This document shows, piece after piece, positions 62,229-64,000 of a stretch of 64,000 nucleotides of DNA (its first letter is position 1; every line of letters starts with the position of its first letter). Source of the stretch: Azolla caroliniana (lineage: Eukaryota > Plantae > Polypodiophyta); assembly GCA_043228905.1 (NCBI GenBank), contig JBHGNT010000010.1:2356001-2420000 (forward strand), given 5' to 3'. The position numbers were made by a program, and so were the translations under genes. Under the pieces are notes generated by a model that was given only the letters and a program-made list of their open reading frames with translations, did no database searches and was not told where the DNA came from.

Positions 62229-64000
62229 GTAGAGCTAATAACTTGGAATGGAAAGCTTTCTCTTTGCTGGTAGAATTGAAAGGTTCTTGTTTTCAATTCT
62301 TAATCGAGAATCACTAGAACAAATACTCACTTGTTCTTGTCAAAGTCACTAGAGAGATGAATCTTTGCTGCGAATTGTTAGTGTCCAATACAAGCTACTA
62401 ATATGAGTAATGTTAATTCGACTGATATGCGATCTGCTATGAAGATTGAATGGCCTTCCAGACATTATATCATGCCCATTTTTAATGTGTTTCCCAATCA
62501 TGGGATATCTAAGGTTTGGTTCTCAATGATCTTATCCCTGAAGTGTAAGACTCACCACAAAGAATAACGTGAGTCTTAGTTCTTCCCTTGTACATGCAAG
62601 GAAACTTTAAGACTCTGATACTTGTTGAAAGGAGGTGGAGAGCTTAGACAAACCAGCGGTAGATGAAAGAATGAAAGGAAGCTATATAAACGTCCCCAAG
62701 AGGCCAAAATGGCCTATGAGTGTAAACCAGAGATCACCTAAACCAAAATAAATGTAAGATTCTCGTTATCAATACATGTAAGATTCTTAAGTCAGATAGA
62801 TTGAGATTTTGTTTATGAAAGATCTCTAGCATAGGTTGATCCAAAATTGAGAGATCTCCGAAGCGAAGGAAGCATTTGCAATGATGAGAGATAAGGGTGG
62901 TGTGATCATGGTCTTCAAGGCTAGGGCCTATGTGCATTACAAACAGCTATTGCCCAATGTATTGTAACCCATTTGCAATGTGCTGATTGGAAGGTCACAT
63001 GTGTAGCAATAATTGACTTGTATGAGGACTGATCAGGATAAAGAAAGTTGGTGACTATTCTTTGTTGATGAGCTGGTGATTGCATTTTTGTTCTTCAACA
63101 ACATCTGCCTGTATCTTGTTGTGTTCTAGCAAGAACAAGCCCAGGCATCGTTGGTCCTCATATCCCATTACCTTGCGTAGTGAGCCAAAGCTTTGCTAAG
63201 AGGTAATAGTGTCTGCCTCTTATTTCATAAAAAACAGTTCAGTGTTAGACATAGTGTTCTTCTGATTCCACTACTTGATGACACAATTAGCAAACTCTTT
63301 GAACTCCCAAAGCAGTTGGATACTGATCACTAATTGAAATAATGCCTCGATGATTAATGGGGTGGCCCCAATCTCTGCTCAGATTATATCATTGGGCACC
63401 AATGCTTTGCTCCTTATCATGGTGAGAAAGAAAGACTGGAAGATATATTGACGTCATTTAAGAGTTCACTATAAAACCAAAGAAGATATTACATTAAAAT
63501 ATTGTCTCCTCTTTGAGAACAACAAAGTAAATAATCTCATTAGCTATACATGTAAGATTCTCAAGGCAGATAGATTGTAATTTCTGTCTTTAAAAGATCT
63601 CTAGAATGTAAGATTCTCAAGGCAGAATGGAGAGATTTCTGAAGCGACGCTGTACATGCGATGGTGGGAGATAATGATGTTTATTTATCTTCAATGGGTC
63701 TTCAATATTCTAGCATGTCAATGTAACAATATATTTTATGTTTTCTGCCAATTTTTTCATGGTATTTTTTCTCCAAATCTGGCGCCTCTTTTGCAATGCT
63801 TGCCCTTTTTGTCTCTTTGCATCAGGTCAGTTCAGATAATGTTTTTGGGTATCTCTGACTCCATTAGGTATACATATGTGCTGTTTATCTTCCAATCTAG
63901 CACCTTTTGCAAAGGGCTTCGCCTTCTTGCTCGCTTCCCAACAGCCCAGTTCAGATAATTTATTTTGGGATCTCTAAAACCCATTCGGTATATAGATGTT

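Noticed and set aside
62300-64000. Further VIH exons or another gene in the last 1.7 kb
   Set aside because: No segment continuing the expected protein with proper splice sites was found; treated as intron.

Overview
Eukaryotic, intron-rich land-plant DNA. The transposon content suggests a non-seed plant such as a fern, but that is inference. Two host genes can be built exon by exon from the sequence. One is a complete 3-exon DUF620-family gene on the minus strand (4514-7185, 411 aa). The other is the 5' part of a VIP1/VIH (PPIP5K) inositol pyrophosphate kinase-phosphatase gene on the plus strand (24 coding exons, 46251-62228, running past the window end). Between them lie AT-rich spacer, several decayed LINE fragments, tRNA-derived SINE-like modules and a ~17 kb nest of LTR retrotransposons (23215-40370). 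The nest contains a Tf1/Tcn1-type Gypsy, a Copia 3' end, a 2.1 kb non-coding TRIM-like element and tRNA-Trp-primed Gypsy elements. The most notable signals are these. (i) The Gypsy and the TRIM-like element both look self-primed: the PBS is complementary to their own predicted RNA 5' end ~32 nt after TATA, and a U3/R hairpin could mask the 3' copy. (ii) Both LTRs carry an outward-facing tRNA-like Pol III box at the U3 end. (iii) A composite element is made of two convergent tRNA-like heads. (iv) An intronic solo LTR appears to supply the branch point of a VIH intron. (v) VIH intron 1 is built from decayed copies of its own exon-1/intron-1 boundary. All coordinates and alignments were read by eye; no database searches were run.
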